From an uncultured Acidobacteriota bacterium (GTDB taxonomy: Bacteria; Acidobacteriota; Terriglobia; UBA7540): a DNA stretch of 64,000 nucleotides. Where the stretch lies: assembly GCA_963804995.1 (NCBI GenBank), contig CAWDSK010000003.1, positions 1,344,001 to 1,408,000 on the forward strand. Direction: 5' to 3'. How positions within the stretch are numbered: the first letter of the stretch is position 1; the number at the start of each line of letters is the position of its first letter. Shown here piece by piece: positions 31,458-40,099 of this stretch. The translations under genes were made by a program, and so were the position numbers. The notes beneath the pieces were generated by a model. That model was not told the origin of the DNA. It saw nothing but the letters and a program-made list of their open reading frames with translations, and searched no databases.

Positions 31458-32990
31458 ATGGGAAGAAACGGAATTGGCGGTGTCGCGAAACTTGGCTTGT
31501 GGGGCGCAGTGTTCGTGATGTTTCTGGGGGCGGGGGTCCGTGGCGAGGACCCACGCGTCACCCAGGATGTGAAGCTCGTTGATGCAGTCGCGACGCGCGG
31601 CCCCTTCCAGCCCACCTGGCTATCGCTCGAAAAGTATGAAGCGCCCCAGTGGTACAAGGACGCGAAATTCGGGATCTTCCTGCACTGGGGTGTGTACTCG
31701 GTTCCCGCCTTCGACAGCGAATGGTATCCGCGCAACATGTACATCGTCGGCAGTCCGGTCTACAAACATCACGTTGCAACCTATGGGCCGCCGTCGAAAT
31801 TCGGCTACAAGGATTTTATTCCTCAGTTTCGCGCCGAAAAGTTCAATGCCGACGCCTGGGCGGAGCTGTTCCGAAAAGCCGGGGCCAGGTATGTTATGCC
31901 CGTGGCCGAGCATCACGACGGCTTCGCGATGTACGACCTCTCCTTCAGCGATTGGACGGCGGTGAAGATGGGTCCGCACCGTGACGTGGTGGGGGAGCTC
32001 GAGCGCGCGGTGCGCAAACAGGGACTGCATTTTGGCGCTTCCTCGCATCGCGCCGAGCACTGGTTTTTCATGAACGGCGGCCGCGCCTTTGACTCCGACG
32101 TCAAGGACCCCCGCTACGCCGATTTCTACGGGCCGGCACAATCGGATAAGATCCAACCCGATAAGGCCCATCTGGATAATTGGCTGGCGCGCACGTCTGA
32201 AATCGTCGAGAAGTACCAGCCGGAGGTGGTGTGGTTTGACTGGTGGATTGAGCAGCCCGTCTTCCAACCCTACCTCCAAAGGTTCGCCGCTTACTATTAC
32301 AATCGGGGTGCGCAGTGGAACCGCGGTGTAGCCATCAACTACAAACTCAAAACCTTTCCCGAGCATGCGGCGGTGCTTGATATTGAGCGTGGGCAACTGG
32401 GCGGAACCCGGCCGCTCTTCTGGCAGACGGACACCTCCGTCAGCGTGAAGTCGTGGGGATACATCCAGGGCGACAAATTCCGTTCCCCTGGTTCACTGGT
32501 GGACGAACTGGTGGACATCGTCAGCAAGAACGGCTGCCTGCTGCTGAACGTCGGGCCGCGGCCGGATGGGACGATTCCCGAGGAGGCGCAAACCGTCCTG
32601 CTGGCCATGGGGCGATGGCTCGGGGTGAATGGCGAGGCGATATACGGCACGCGGCCCTGGAAGACCTACGGCGAGGGCCCGACGAAGGTGAACACCGGCC
32701 GTTTTGGTGACGCGGATACGAAACCCTATACGGCGCAGGACATTCGATTCACGATGAAGGGTGACGCGCTTTACGCCATCGCGCTGGGTTGGCCGCAGAA
32801 TGGCAAGCTCACCATCAAATCGTTGGCGGCAGGTTCACCCAACACGAAGCGCGAAATTCGTAACGTCAGCCTGCTGGGCTCGCCCGCGAAACTCCAGTGG
32901 GCGCGCGGTCCGGAGGGTTTGACCATTCAACTGCCCGCCCAAAAACCCGGCGACTATGCCTTCGCCTTCAAGATTTCGCCTGTAGACTGA
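31458..32990 (+). CDS. Alpha-L-fucosidase (GH29), secreted
   Basis: WYKDAKFGIFLHWGVYSVP, EHHDGF, WFDW, VSKNGCLLLNVGP, NGEAIYGTRPW. Confidence 0.93.
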   Translation: MGRNGIGGVAKLGLWGAVFVMFLGAGVRGEDPRVTQDVKLVDAVATRGPFQPTWLSLEKYEAPQWYKDAKFGIFLHWGVYSVPAFDSEWYPRNMYIVGSPVYKHHVATYGPPSKFGYKDFIPQFRAEKFNADAWAELFRKAGARYVMPVAEHHDGFAMYDLSFSDWTAVKMGPHRDVVGELERAVRKQGLHFGASSHRAEHWFFMNGGRAFDSDVKDPRYADFYGPAQSDKIQPDKAHLDNWLARTSEIVEKYQPEVVWFDWWIEQPVFQPYLQRFAAYYYNRGAQWNRGVAINYKLKTFPEHAAVLDIERGQLGGTRPLFWQTDTSVSVKSWGYIQGDKFRSPGSLVDELVDIVSKNGCLLLNVGPRPDGTIPEEAQTVLLAMGRWLGVNGEAIYGTRPWKTYGEGPTKVNTGRFGDADTKPYTAQDIRFTMKGDALYAIALGWPQNGKLTIKSLAAGSPNTKREIRNVSLLGSPAKLQWARGPEGLTIQLPAQKPGDYAFAFKISPVD

Positions 32991-33147
32991 TCCGCCGGGG
33001 GCAAGTGAGGGTACCAGCATGACAACCGGGGCGTTAGAATGCAAGCTTAACACCCTCGTAACAATTGCTTAACGTCCTCCCGGCCATGATAAGAGATGTT
33101 CCGGCGGTTTTTCGCCGCGCAGCTCATCATTAAACCAACCTGAGGAG

Positions 33148-33559
33148 ATGGCTATGGCGCTCAAGATCATCGAGAAGGAATCACACGGAATTATCATCCT
33201 GGAGATGTCGGGCAGGTTGGTGCTGGGGCAGGAGAGCATGGACTTCCGGGCGAAGGTCAAAGAGGTGCTCGAACAAGAGCGACTGGGTCAAGGAAAAATG
33301 GGGCTGGAATACCCGCATCGTGCTCGATCTCGGCAACGTCGGATTTATCGACAGCGCGGGCCTGGGGGCGCTGGTCCACGCTCGCACCGCAGCCCAGAGC
33401 CGCAAGGCCGGAATGAAACTGGCCAACCTCACCAAAAAGATTAGAGACCAACTGAATATCACTAAATTAGTGACTGTCTTCGACAGTTACGATAGCGTGG
33501 AGGCCGCGGTTAATTCCTACCCGCCGGCGGAATCCTCCACCGAGGCGAGTCCCGCCTAG
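33148..33559 (+). CDS. STAS-domain anti-sigma factor antagonist, apparent +1 frameshift at about 33272
   Basis: IILEMSGRLVLG in frame 1 and VLDLGNVGFIDSAGLGAL...ITKLVTVF in frame 2. Confidence 0.85.
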
Positions 33560-33567
33560 CTTTCAAC

Positions 33568-34926
33568 CTACTTCTTCATCAAGTCCAGCACCGCGCTGGT
33601 CAACGCCTTTACCCCGGTCCGCAGGGTGGGCTCCGGCACGGGCGCCCAAAGGCTTGAATGGAGGCCCGGGAGCAGCGTCCCGGTGCGCTGGCTCTCCGCC
33701 AGCTTATCGGGATCGACAGCCCCCAACCAAAGATCGCAGATCGGGATCTGCTGGTTCTCCAGACCGAATTTGCAGAAATCCTCGCTGCCCATAATCGGCG
33801 CCGCCTCAACAACATTCCCCGCGCCCAGGGCTTTTACGAGAACCGGCGCCAAACGGTCCATGAGTTTTGGATCGTTATAGGTCGCAGCGGTGTATTCCGA
33901 ATCGCTAGGCGTGACGATGGGGGCGCGCGATTCCGGAATGCCATTGGCGCTGGCGATACTTTTGGCCATGCGCTCGATGGAGGCAAGAATGCGCTGGCGT
34001 ACCGCTTCTTTGTAAGTGCGGATGGTGAGCTGCAAATGCACGTCATCGGGAATGATGTTGTACCGCGTGCCCCCCTGAATCGATCCCACCGTGACCACGG
34101 CGGGGTCGAAGGGCGAATTCTCGCGGCTCACGATGGTTTGCAGCGCCAGGATGAACTCCGCGGCCGTCACAATGGGGTCCTTGGTCACCTGGGGCGCTGA
34201 CCCGTGCCCGCCAATGCCGCGGATGAAGACATCGACGGAAGTTGAACTGGCCAGCGCATAGCCACGCGTCAAGCCCACCTTGCCGGCCGCCACAGCCGGT
34301 GTATCGTGTTGTGCCAGGACGTAGTCCGGCCGCGGAAAGCGCGTATACAAGCCGTCGTCCAGCATGGCCTTCGCGCCGTTAATGGTTTCTTCCGCCGGCT
34401 GCCCGATCATCACCAGCGTGCCCTGCCATTGGTCCTTGAGTTCCACCAGCAGCTTGGCGGCGCCCAGGAACGCCGTCATGTGAATGTCGTGCCCGCAGGC
34501 GTGCATGACGCTCACCTCTCGCCCGGCGTCGTCCTGGCCGCGGACTTTACTCGCATATGGGAGACCCGTCTTCTCCTCCACGGGGAGCGCATCGAGTTCG
34601 GTGCGGACGAGCACGGTGGGGCCATCGCCATTCTTCATAACCCCCACGACGCCGTATCCCGTCCAATCCGGATGGTTGTTGTATTTGCCCACGTGTTCGG
34701 TGACCGTGAAACCCAACGCCCGAAGTTGGCCGGCCACATAGGCTGAGGTTTTCACTTCGTGATGCGAAAGCTCAGGCGCAGCATGCAGCCATTTGTAGGT
34801 CGCAAGAAGCGATGGCAAATCGCGGTCCACCAAGCCATCAAGTTTGGATTGCTGACTGCGAGCGGCGGGCGCGATCATAAGTGGGGAAATCACCACAAGG
34901 CAGAAGATGGCAGATCGAAGGTTCAC
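33568..34926 (-). CDS. M20 family amidohydrolase (hippurate hydrolase-like), secreted
   Basis: HAAPELS, RTELDALPV, MHACGHD, QPAEE, GHGS, SEDF; GTG start after GGGAGG. Confidence 0.9.
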   Translation of the reverse strand: MNLRSAIFCLVVISPLMIAPAARSQQSKLDGLVDRDLPSLLATYKWLHAAPELSHHEVKTSAYVAGQLRALGFTVTEHVGKYNNHPDWTGYGVVGVMKNGDGPTVLVRTELDALPVEEKTGLPYASKVRGQDDAGREVSVMHACGHDIHMTAFLGAAKLLVELKDQWQGTLVMIGQPAEETINGAKAMLDDGLYTRFPRPDYVLAQHDTPAVAAGKVGLTRGYALASSTSVDVFIRGIGGHGSAPQVTKDPIVTAAEFILALQTIVSRENSPFDPAVVTVGSIQGGTRYNIIPDDVHLQLTIRTYKEAVRQRILASIERMAKSIASANGIPESRAPIVTPSDSEYTAATYNDPKLMDRLAPVLVKALGAGNVVEAAPIMGSEDFCKFGLENQQIPICDLWLGAVDPDKLAESQRTGTLLPGLHSSLWAPVPEPTLRTGVKALTSAVLDLMKK

Positions 34927-35180
34927 AGGATCCTCCCTCAGGAATGGCTGGCTCGCCACTTTCGGCGGGCGGCAATCGATTGCACTGCGTGGCGCAGGGC
35001 GAGCCGCTAGGTCCGCGCCAGTATCGCGGAACTCGAAGGTAGAAGGCAAGGGAAACCGGGGTTCGGGATTGTCAAAGGCACCTGAGAGCCCGCGTAGCGG
35101 GCGTCATCCTGTAGCCCATGGCGAGCCAGCGGCGGCTGAAGATTACGATCCTCACCGCCGAGGTGCTGAGACGCAGAGAA

Positions 35181-35281
35181 AGGCCCACTGGCAGGCTGGC
35201 GCAGAGCGAACGCAGATGTGCGATTCTGGTGCGATTAGATGACGTAAAACTCAGAACTGCGCTCTGATGCGCCAGCCCGCC
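35181..35281 (+). repeat. Palindromic repeat unit containing an unoccupied IS110 target site
   Basis: 35221-35281 matches 35493-35541 joined to 38379-38390 (a second copy split by the IS). Its 5' arm GCTGGCGCAGAGCG is an imperfect inverse of the 3' arm. Confidence 0.8.
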
Positions 35282-35646
35282 TAAGAGACCCCTCATCCGC
35301 TTCGTGCCTCAGCACCTTCTCCCCCTGGGAGAAGGTTGGTAATCAAACCGCCCTCTCCGCGGGGTCGCAGAATCCGCCGTGGCGGGAGAGGGTGTCCCGA
35401 CAAGTCGGGACGCGTGAGGGGTCACTTCGCCAGGCCCTGCGAAAGGGCCGTGGATGAATTAGGCCCGCTGGCGCAGGGTGAGCCCAGCCCTACGATTCTG
35501 GTGCGTTTAGATGACGTGAATCGCAGAGCTGCGCTCTGATGTTATGAAAGCGGCGATGCCTCCTCGGGTGCCGCTAAACTGGAGGTGGTCCAGTTTAGCG
35601 GGCCCTCGGGTTCAGACCGAGAGTTTTGCATCGAGGAGACAAAGCG

Positions 35647-36747
35647 ATGAAGAAGAGTATAACGCCCATTGGAACGCCGGTGGGAGTGGATGTTCACAAG
35701 CGTCGTTGCCAGGTGGTGGAGCTTGATCACGGAGAGATTAAGGCACGGAAGTCGATCGCCAACACGCGGGAGGAGTGGCTGGAGATGTTGACGGAACTTC
35801 CTCCCGACGCCGAGATCGGCCTGGAGGTGAGCACGGCAGGCTACTTTGCCATGAGCGTGCTGGAAGAGGCGGGGTGGCGAGGGCGCGCGCACTGGGTGCA
35901 CACGGCGGGGATCGACAGCAACCGCCGGCAGAAGAATGATCGTTTAGATGCCGAGCGGCTGGCGCGCAAGCTCGCCGCGCACCATCTGGATCCACTGCCG
36001 GAGGCGTGGTTTCCGCCGCCGGAGATTCGCGCCCTGCGTCTGCGCGCACGCCAGCGCTGCTGGTTGGCCCTGCTGCGCACCAAAGCCAAGAATCACCTGC
36101 AAAGCTTGCTGGGGATGCATGGCTTGCAGGCGCCGGGGACCGACCCGTTCGGAGCGGCCGGGGAGAAGTGGCTGGCGGAACAGACCTTGCCGATGCCCTT
36201 GGGCGAAAGCATCCCTCAGATCCAACGCCTGCTGCAGTTCCTGGAGGAGGAGATCGAAATCAGTGAGAAGTACTTGCAGGCGGTGGACGGACAATTCCCC
36301 GAGTTGGCGCTGCTGCGCACAATCCCCAGCATCGGCCCCATCCTGTCCCCGGTGATTTGGAGTGAGATCGGCACGATCGAGCGGTTTCGTTCCGCCAAGG
36401 CCTTGGCCAACGCTACGGGGCTCGTCTCCAGCTTTTACGACAGCGGGGAAGTGAAGGTGTCGGGTCCCATCACCCGCCAGGGATCGCGCTGGCTGCGCTG
36501 GGCCTTCGTCACCGCCGCCCATGTCGCGATTCCATACCCCAATCCTTTCGCGCGGCGCTACCACCGCCTGCGCCGCAGCAAGAAACCCAACGTGGCCAAG
36601 GCCGCCATCGCGCACTCCTTGGCGCGTTGTGCGTATGGAGTTTTGAAGCACGGCTGCCCTTATCGGGAAGACCGTTGGGGCCGCCAAGTCGGCGTACTGG
36701 AGCAGGAAGCCCGTGCTGGCGCTAGGTACACCAAGACCGCGCTCTGA
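35647..36747 (+). CDS. IS110 family DEDD recombinase/transposase
   Basis: VGVDVHK, GLEVST, KNDRLDAERLA, TIPSIGP, YDSG (catalytic Ser region), ITRQGSRWLRWA; GAGGAG RBS. Confidence 0.93.
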   Translation: MKKSITPIGTPVGVDVHKRRCQVVELDHGEIKARKSIANTREEWLEMLTELPPDAEIGLEVSTAGYFAMSVLEEAGWRGRAHWVHTAGIDSNRRQKNDRLDAERLARKLAAHHLDPLPEAWFPPPEIRALRLRARQRCWLALLRTKAKNHLQSLLGMHGLQAPGTDPFGAAGEKWLAEQTLPMPLGESIPQIQRLLQFLEEEIEISEKYLQAVDGQFPELALLRTIPSIGPILSPVIWSEIGTIERFRSAKALANATGLVSSFYDSGEVKVSGPITRQGSRWLRWAFVTAAHVAIPYPNPFARRYHRLRRSKKPNVAKAAIAHSLARCAYGVLKHGCPYREDRWGRQVGVLEQEARAGARYTKTAL

Positions 36748-36757
36748 TAGGGACCTG
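36703..36757 (+). ncRNA. Predicted bridge/seek RNA target-binding loop
   Basis: Stems CAGG..CCC / GGG.CCTG and GGT / ACC enclose GCTGGCGC (36715-36722) and GCGCTCTGAT (36739-36748), which together specify the insertion site GCGCTCTGATGCGCCAGC. Confidence 0.8.
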
Positions 36758-36796
36758 CTCCCGAACAACCTCATGGGGACCAGGACAACCTGGCTA

Positions 36797-37898
36797 TTGA
36801 TTCCTGCATAATAAATGTCCTATACTCCGGCTGGGAGGTGAGTCATGCGCCCAGCCGGAACTCCAGCGGAACTCGAGCGACGGCGTTTGCGAGCTGTCGA
36901 ATTGTTGGCTCAAGGTCATCCCCCCGTGGAAGTAGCGCGGATGGTCGGCGTGGATCGGCGCAGCGTGCGTCGATGGAAAGCGGCCTTCCGAAAGAAAGGG
37001 CGCCCGGCGCTGGAGGCGCGGCCCGCTTGCGGGCGTCCACCCAAATTGTCCGCGTCCTTGACCCGCCGATTGGAGCGCGCGTTGTTGCGCGGAGCGCAGG
37101 CGGCCGGATTTCCCACCGACCTGTGGACCTGCCCGCGCGTCGCGCAGTTGATCGCGCAACGTTTCCGTATCCGTTATCACGTGGACCATATTGGTCGATT
37201 GCTCCATGCGCTGGGTTGGAGTCCGCAAAAGCCCGCCCGGCGGGCCGTCGAGCGGGATGAGGAGGCCATCCGGGCTGGGTCAAGCAAACTTGGCCGGCCC
37301 TTAAAAAAAAGCCCACCGGCTGAACGCCTGGCTGATTTTCCTCGACGAATGCGGCTTTCTCATGGCGCCGCTGGTTCGCCGCAGTTGGCAGCCCCGTGGC
37401 CGGACACCGGTGTTGGTCCAGCGCGGGCGACATCTGCAAAAGGTATCGGCCATTGCCGCCTTGGCCGTGTCTCCCCGCCGCGACCGCGTGCGACTTTACT
37501 TTCGCCTGCATCCCCAGGCCGACATCAGCAGCGACCAAGTCATCGGTTTCCTCCGCTATCTGCACCAGGAATTGCGGGGGCCCTGCCTGCTGGTTTGGGA
37601 CCGTCTCAATGCCCACCGCGCTAAACGCACCACGCAATTCGTCGCCCGCCTTCCGTCACCTGCATACCTTCTTCTTGCCCGCCTATGCCCCCGAACTCAA
37701 TCCCGTCGAGTACGCCTGGGGCTATCTGAAAATGAACCCCCTCGCGAACCGACCGACATTCGAAACTGCGGAATTGGCTGCCCTGGCCCGCCGACACACC
37801 CGGGCGCTGCAGCGCAACCAATCGTTGCTTCGTTCCTTCCTCCGGCACAGCCCACTTTTTTTGCGCCTCACATAGGACATTATTTATGCAGGAATCAA
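36797..37898 (+). mobile_element. IS630 family element
   Basis: 26-bp TIRs TTGATTCCTGCATAATAAATGTCCTA (24/26), TA duplication at 36795-36796 and 37899-37900. Confidence 0.93.
36845..37875 (+). CDS. IS630 transposase (HTH + DDE) in several frames
   Basis: HTH part (GRPPKLS, LWTCPRV, LGWSPQKP), A8G slippery site at about 37303, then FLDECGF, LVWDRL and LPAYAPELNPVE; two extra indels at about 37272 and 37659 (decay or error). Confidence 0.85.
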
Positions 37899-38459
37899 TA
37901 GCCCGTAGAGATGAAAGGGACCGAACCGACTCGGCAAACTCGCATGGCAAGAGCAAGAACCCAACGCCCACGGGGCCGTGCTTCATCCCCGGCAGGCGGC
38001 GGGGAGCCAACCCTCCCCGCCCCCCGGGCTCTACATAAAGGAGGAACGACTATAACTTGGAATAATTCTATAAGATAATACGTACAGAATGGCAGCCGAC
38101 GGCGAAGTCGGCAACCCGCCACTTTGCCGATGGGGTCCGGCGCGTTTTTCAGGCATGGGGAAGCTGTGCCCAGAGCTTGGGAGGGGGGCGACCGCAGGCC
38201 GCCCCGGCATCGTTTCCATCAGCCTCCGACCGGCTATTCCTCAGCGGGTTGCTCGCCAGCAGAGCCCGCCTCCGCTTCACCGGCTGCAGGCCATTCTGAA
38301 GTCGAAGGGGGAAGTTTGTCAAAGGCGATTAAGAAATTCAAAAAATCGGCTTGACACGGCATCGCGGTTTCAGAGATGCGCCAGCCCGCCGCAGGTCAGC
38401 GCTCGCTCATGGGACGTGCAGGCGATTGATTTCAGGGGCTTCCGCGTTTGCCTCGAAAC

Positions 38460-39899
38460 TCACTGTCTATGGGATTGGCCGCCGTGCTGGCGCAGCAACT
38501 CCGCCACGGCCGTCCGGCCAAATCTCACAGCTACGTCCAATGGTGTGGCACCTTGCGTCGTCTCGGCATTGACATTAGCACCGTGGGCCAGCAGCAATTC
38601 CGCGAAGGCCTTTTCGCCGCCGAACGCTGCTTCGTGCAAGGCCGTCATGCCGGTGTCGGAGGTCGCATTGACATCGGCGTTGCTGGCAAGCAGCAGTTCC
38701 GCCACGTCCGTGTTGAAATTCTGCACCGCTATGTACAAGGGTGTATCGCCTCGGAGGCCCCTCTTATTGACATCTGCCTTGTACTCCACTAGCAGCTCCG
38801 CCACGTCTATCATATGGTGCAACTCCGCGGCCTCGGACAGGGGCGTTTCGCGCATGACGTTGTCGGCATTGACATCGGCCTTGGCAGCGAGTAGCAGTTC
38901 CACCACGCCCGCGCGGCCGCTGTGTGCCACCGCCCAGAGCAACGGTGTGCTGCGGGCGTTGTCCTGGGCGTTGACATTGGCCTTGCTGGCGAGCAGCAGT
39001 TCCACCATGTTCCTATCACCGTTGTACGCTGCTATGTGCAGAGGAGTCTGGCCGGATTCGTCTCTGCCGAAGACCAGATCAGGTTTCCTCTTGAGCAGCA
39101 ACCTGAGGGTTTCCAAGTCACCAGCGTCGGCCGTCTCGTGCACTTCGCTGACTCGGTTCGCCCGAACCCCCGCTCCTCCGACGATTTGGATGCCGTTGTT
39201 ACCACCCATGGCGGCCAGCGTGTCTCCGTCATGCAGTGGGTGATCCAGGTGTACTACCTGCCCCCCGAGAACGGGGACTGTGCTCTCCTTGGCAACCGGT
39301 CGAGAGGCTTGAGGCCCGGCCGCAACGTCATGGGAGGCTTTTTGCGCGGCGAGCACGGCCGCCGTCTTCTGGTCGAGCTTACCAGTAACGGGCAAGCCGC
39401 GGTCCGATTGAAACTTCCTTAGAGCTGCCATCGTTCTTGATCCCATCGCTCCGTCAGCTAATCCAGGCGCGTAGCCAAGAGCCTGGAGCTGTTGCTGTGC
39501 TTCCTGCACAGCCTCCTTCGTGCCGCGAGAGCCGACGTTCGAGTAACCGCCGTGCTCGCGCAGGATTTCCATCACGTCCTTGCGACCCTCAGCCGAAGCC
39601 CAATGCAGCGGCGTCCACTCGGCACTGTCCTTGGCATTAACATCGGCATTGCTGGCCAGTAGCAATTCCATTATGTCCTTGTGACCCCTAGCCGACGCCC
39701 AGTGCAGGGCCGTCATGCCGTCGCTATCTTTGCTGAAAACCAAATCAGGGTTTTCCTTGAGCAACGCCTTGACTTTGACCAAGTTGTCATTCCTCGCAGC
39801 GTCGTGAATCTCGCCGCCCAAACCGAGGCCGCTGCATGCCAGCGCGACCAGGATGACGGCGATGAGGCGGATGGTCGGGAAGCAAATGAGGCGATGCAT
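38460..39899 (-). CDS. Secreted ankyrin-repeat protein with a central peptidoglycan-binding domain
   Basis: Signal peptide; many G-x-T-(A/P)-L-H ankyrin units; PG_binding_1-like QQQLQALGY..GLADGAMGSRTMAALRKFQSDRGLPVTG. Confidence 0.88.
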   Translation of the reverse strand: MHRLICFPTIRLIAVILVALACSGLGLGGEIHDAARNDNLVKVKALLKENPDLVFSKDSDGMTALHWASARGHKDIMELLLASNADVNAKDSAEWTPLHWASAEGRKDVMEILREHGGYSNVGSRGTKEAVQEAQQQLQALGYAPGLADGAMGSRTMAALRKFQSDRGLPVTGKLDQKTAAVLAAQKASHDVAAGPQASRPVAKESTVPVLGGQVVHLDHPLHDGDTLAAMGGNNGIQIVGGAGVRANRVSEVHETADAGDLETLRLLLKRKPDLVFGRDESGQTPLHIAAYNGDRNMVELLLASKANVNAQDNARSTPLLWAVAHSGRAGVVELLLAAKADVNADNVMRETPLSEAAELHHMIDVAELLVEYKADVNKRGLRGDTPLYIAVQNFNTDVAELLLASNADVNATSDTGMTALHEAAFGGEKAFAELLLAHGANVNAETTQGATPLDVAVRFGRTAVAELLRQHGGQSHRQ

Positions 39900-40099
39900 A
39901 TTCGTGACTCCTCCCTTCTCCGGATCAATATATCCGAATCCGGCGAGGCATGCCACGGGATCAGCCACCCGGCAGGAGTTTCGGAATCCATAAGGGGGAA
40001 GGGGCTCGACGATGGCTCGGAGCGCATTCGAGGGCGAGCCGCGTCGGCAGGCTCTTTGCTCTTCGCCGGCCAAGCCCGATCATGATGCGTGACGTTTAG

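Larger units (their letters stand above)
35542..38378 (+). mobile_element. IS110-family (IS1111-like) element, interrupted by IS630
   Basis: GATG core at both junctions (35538-35541, 38375-38378); imperfect sub-terminal IRs GAAAGCGGCGATGCC (35546-35560) / GGCATCGCGGTTTC (38358-38371); TTGACA at 38351; flanks rejoin to the repeat at 35221-35281. Confidence 0.88.

Noticed and set aside
38124..38354. 76-aa ORF in the IS110 right end
   Set aside because: No clear RBS and it lies within a palindromic block; treated as non-coding, though not excluded.
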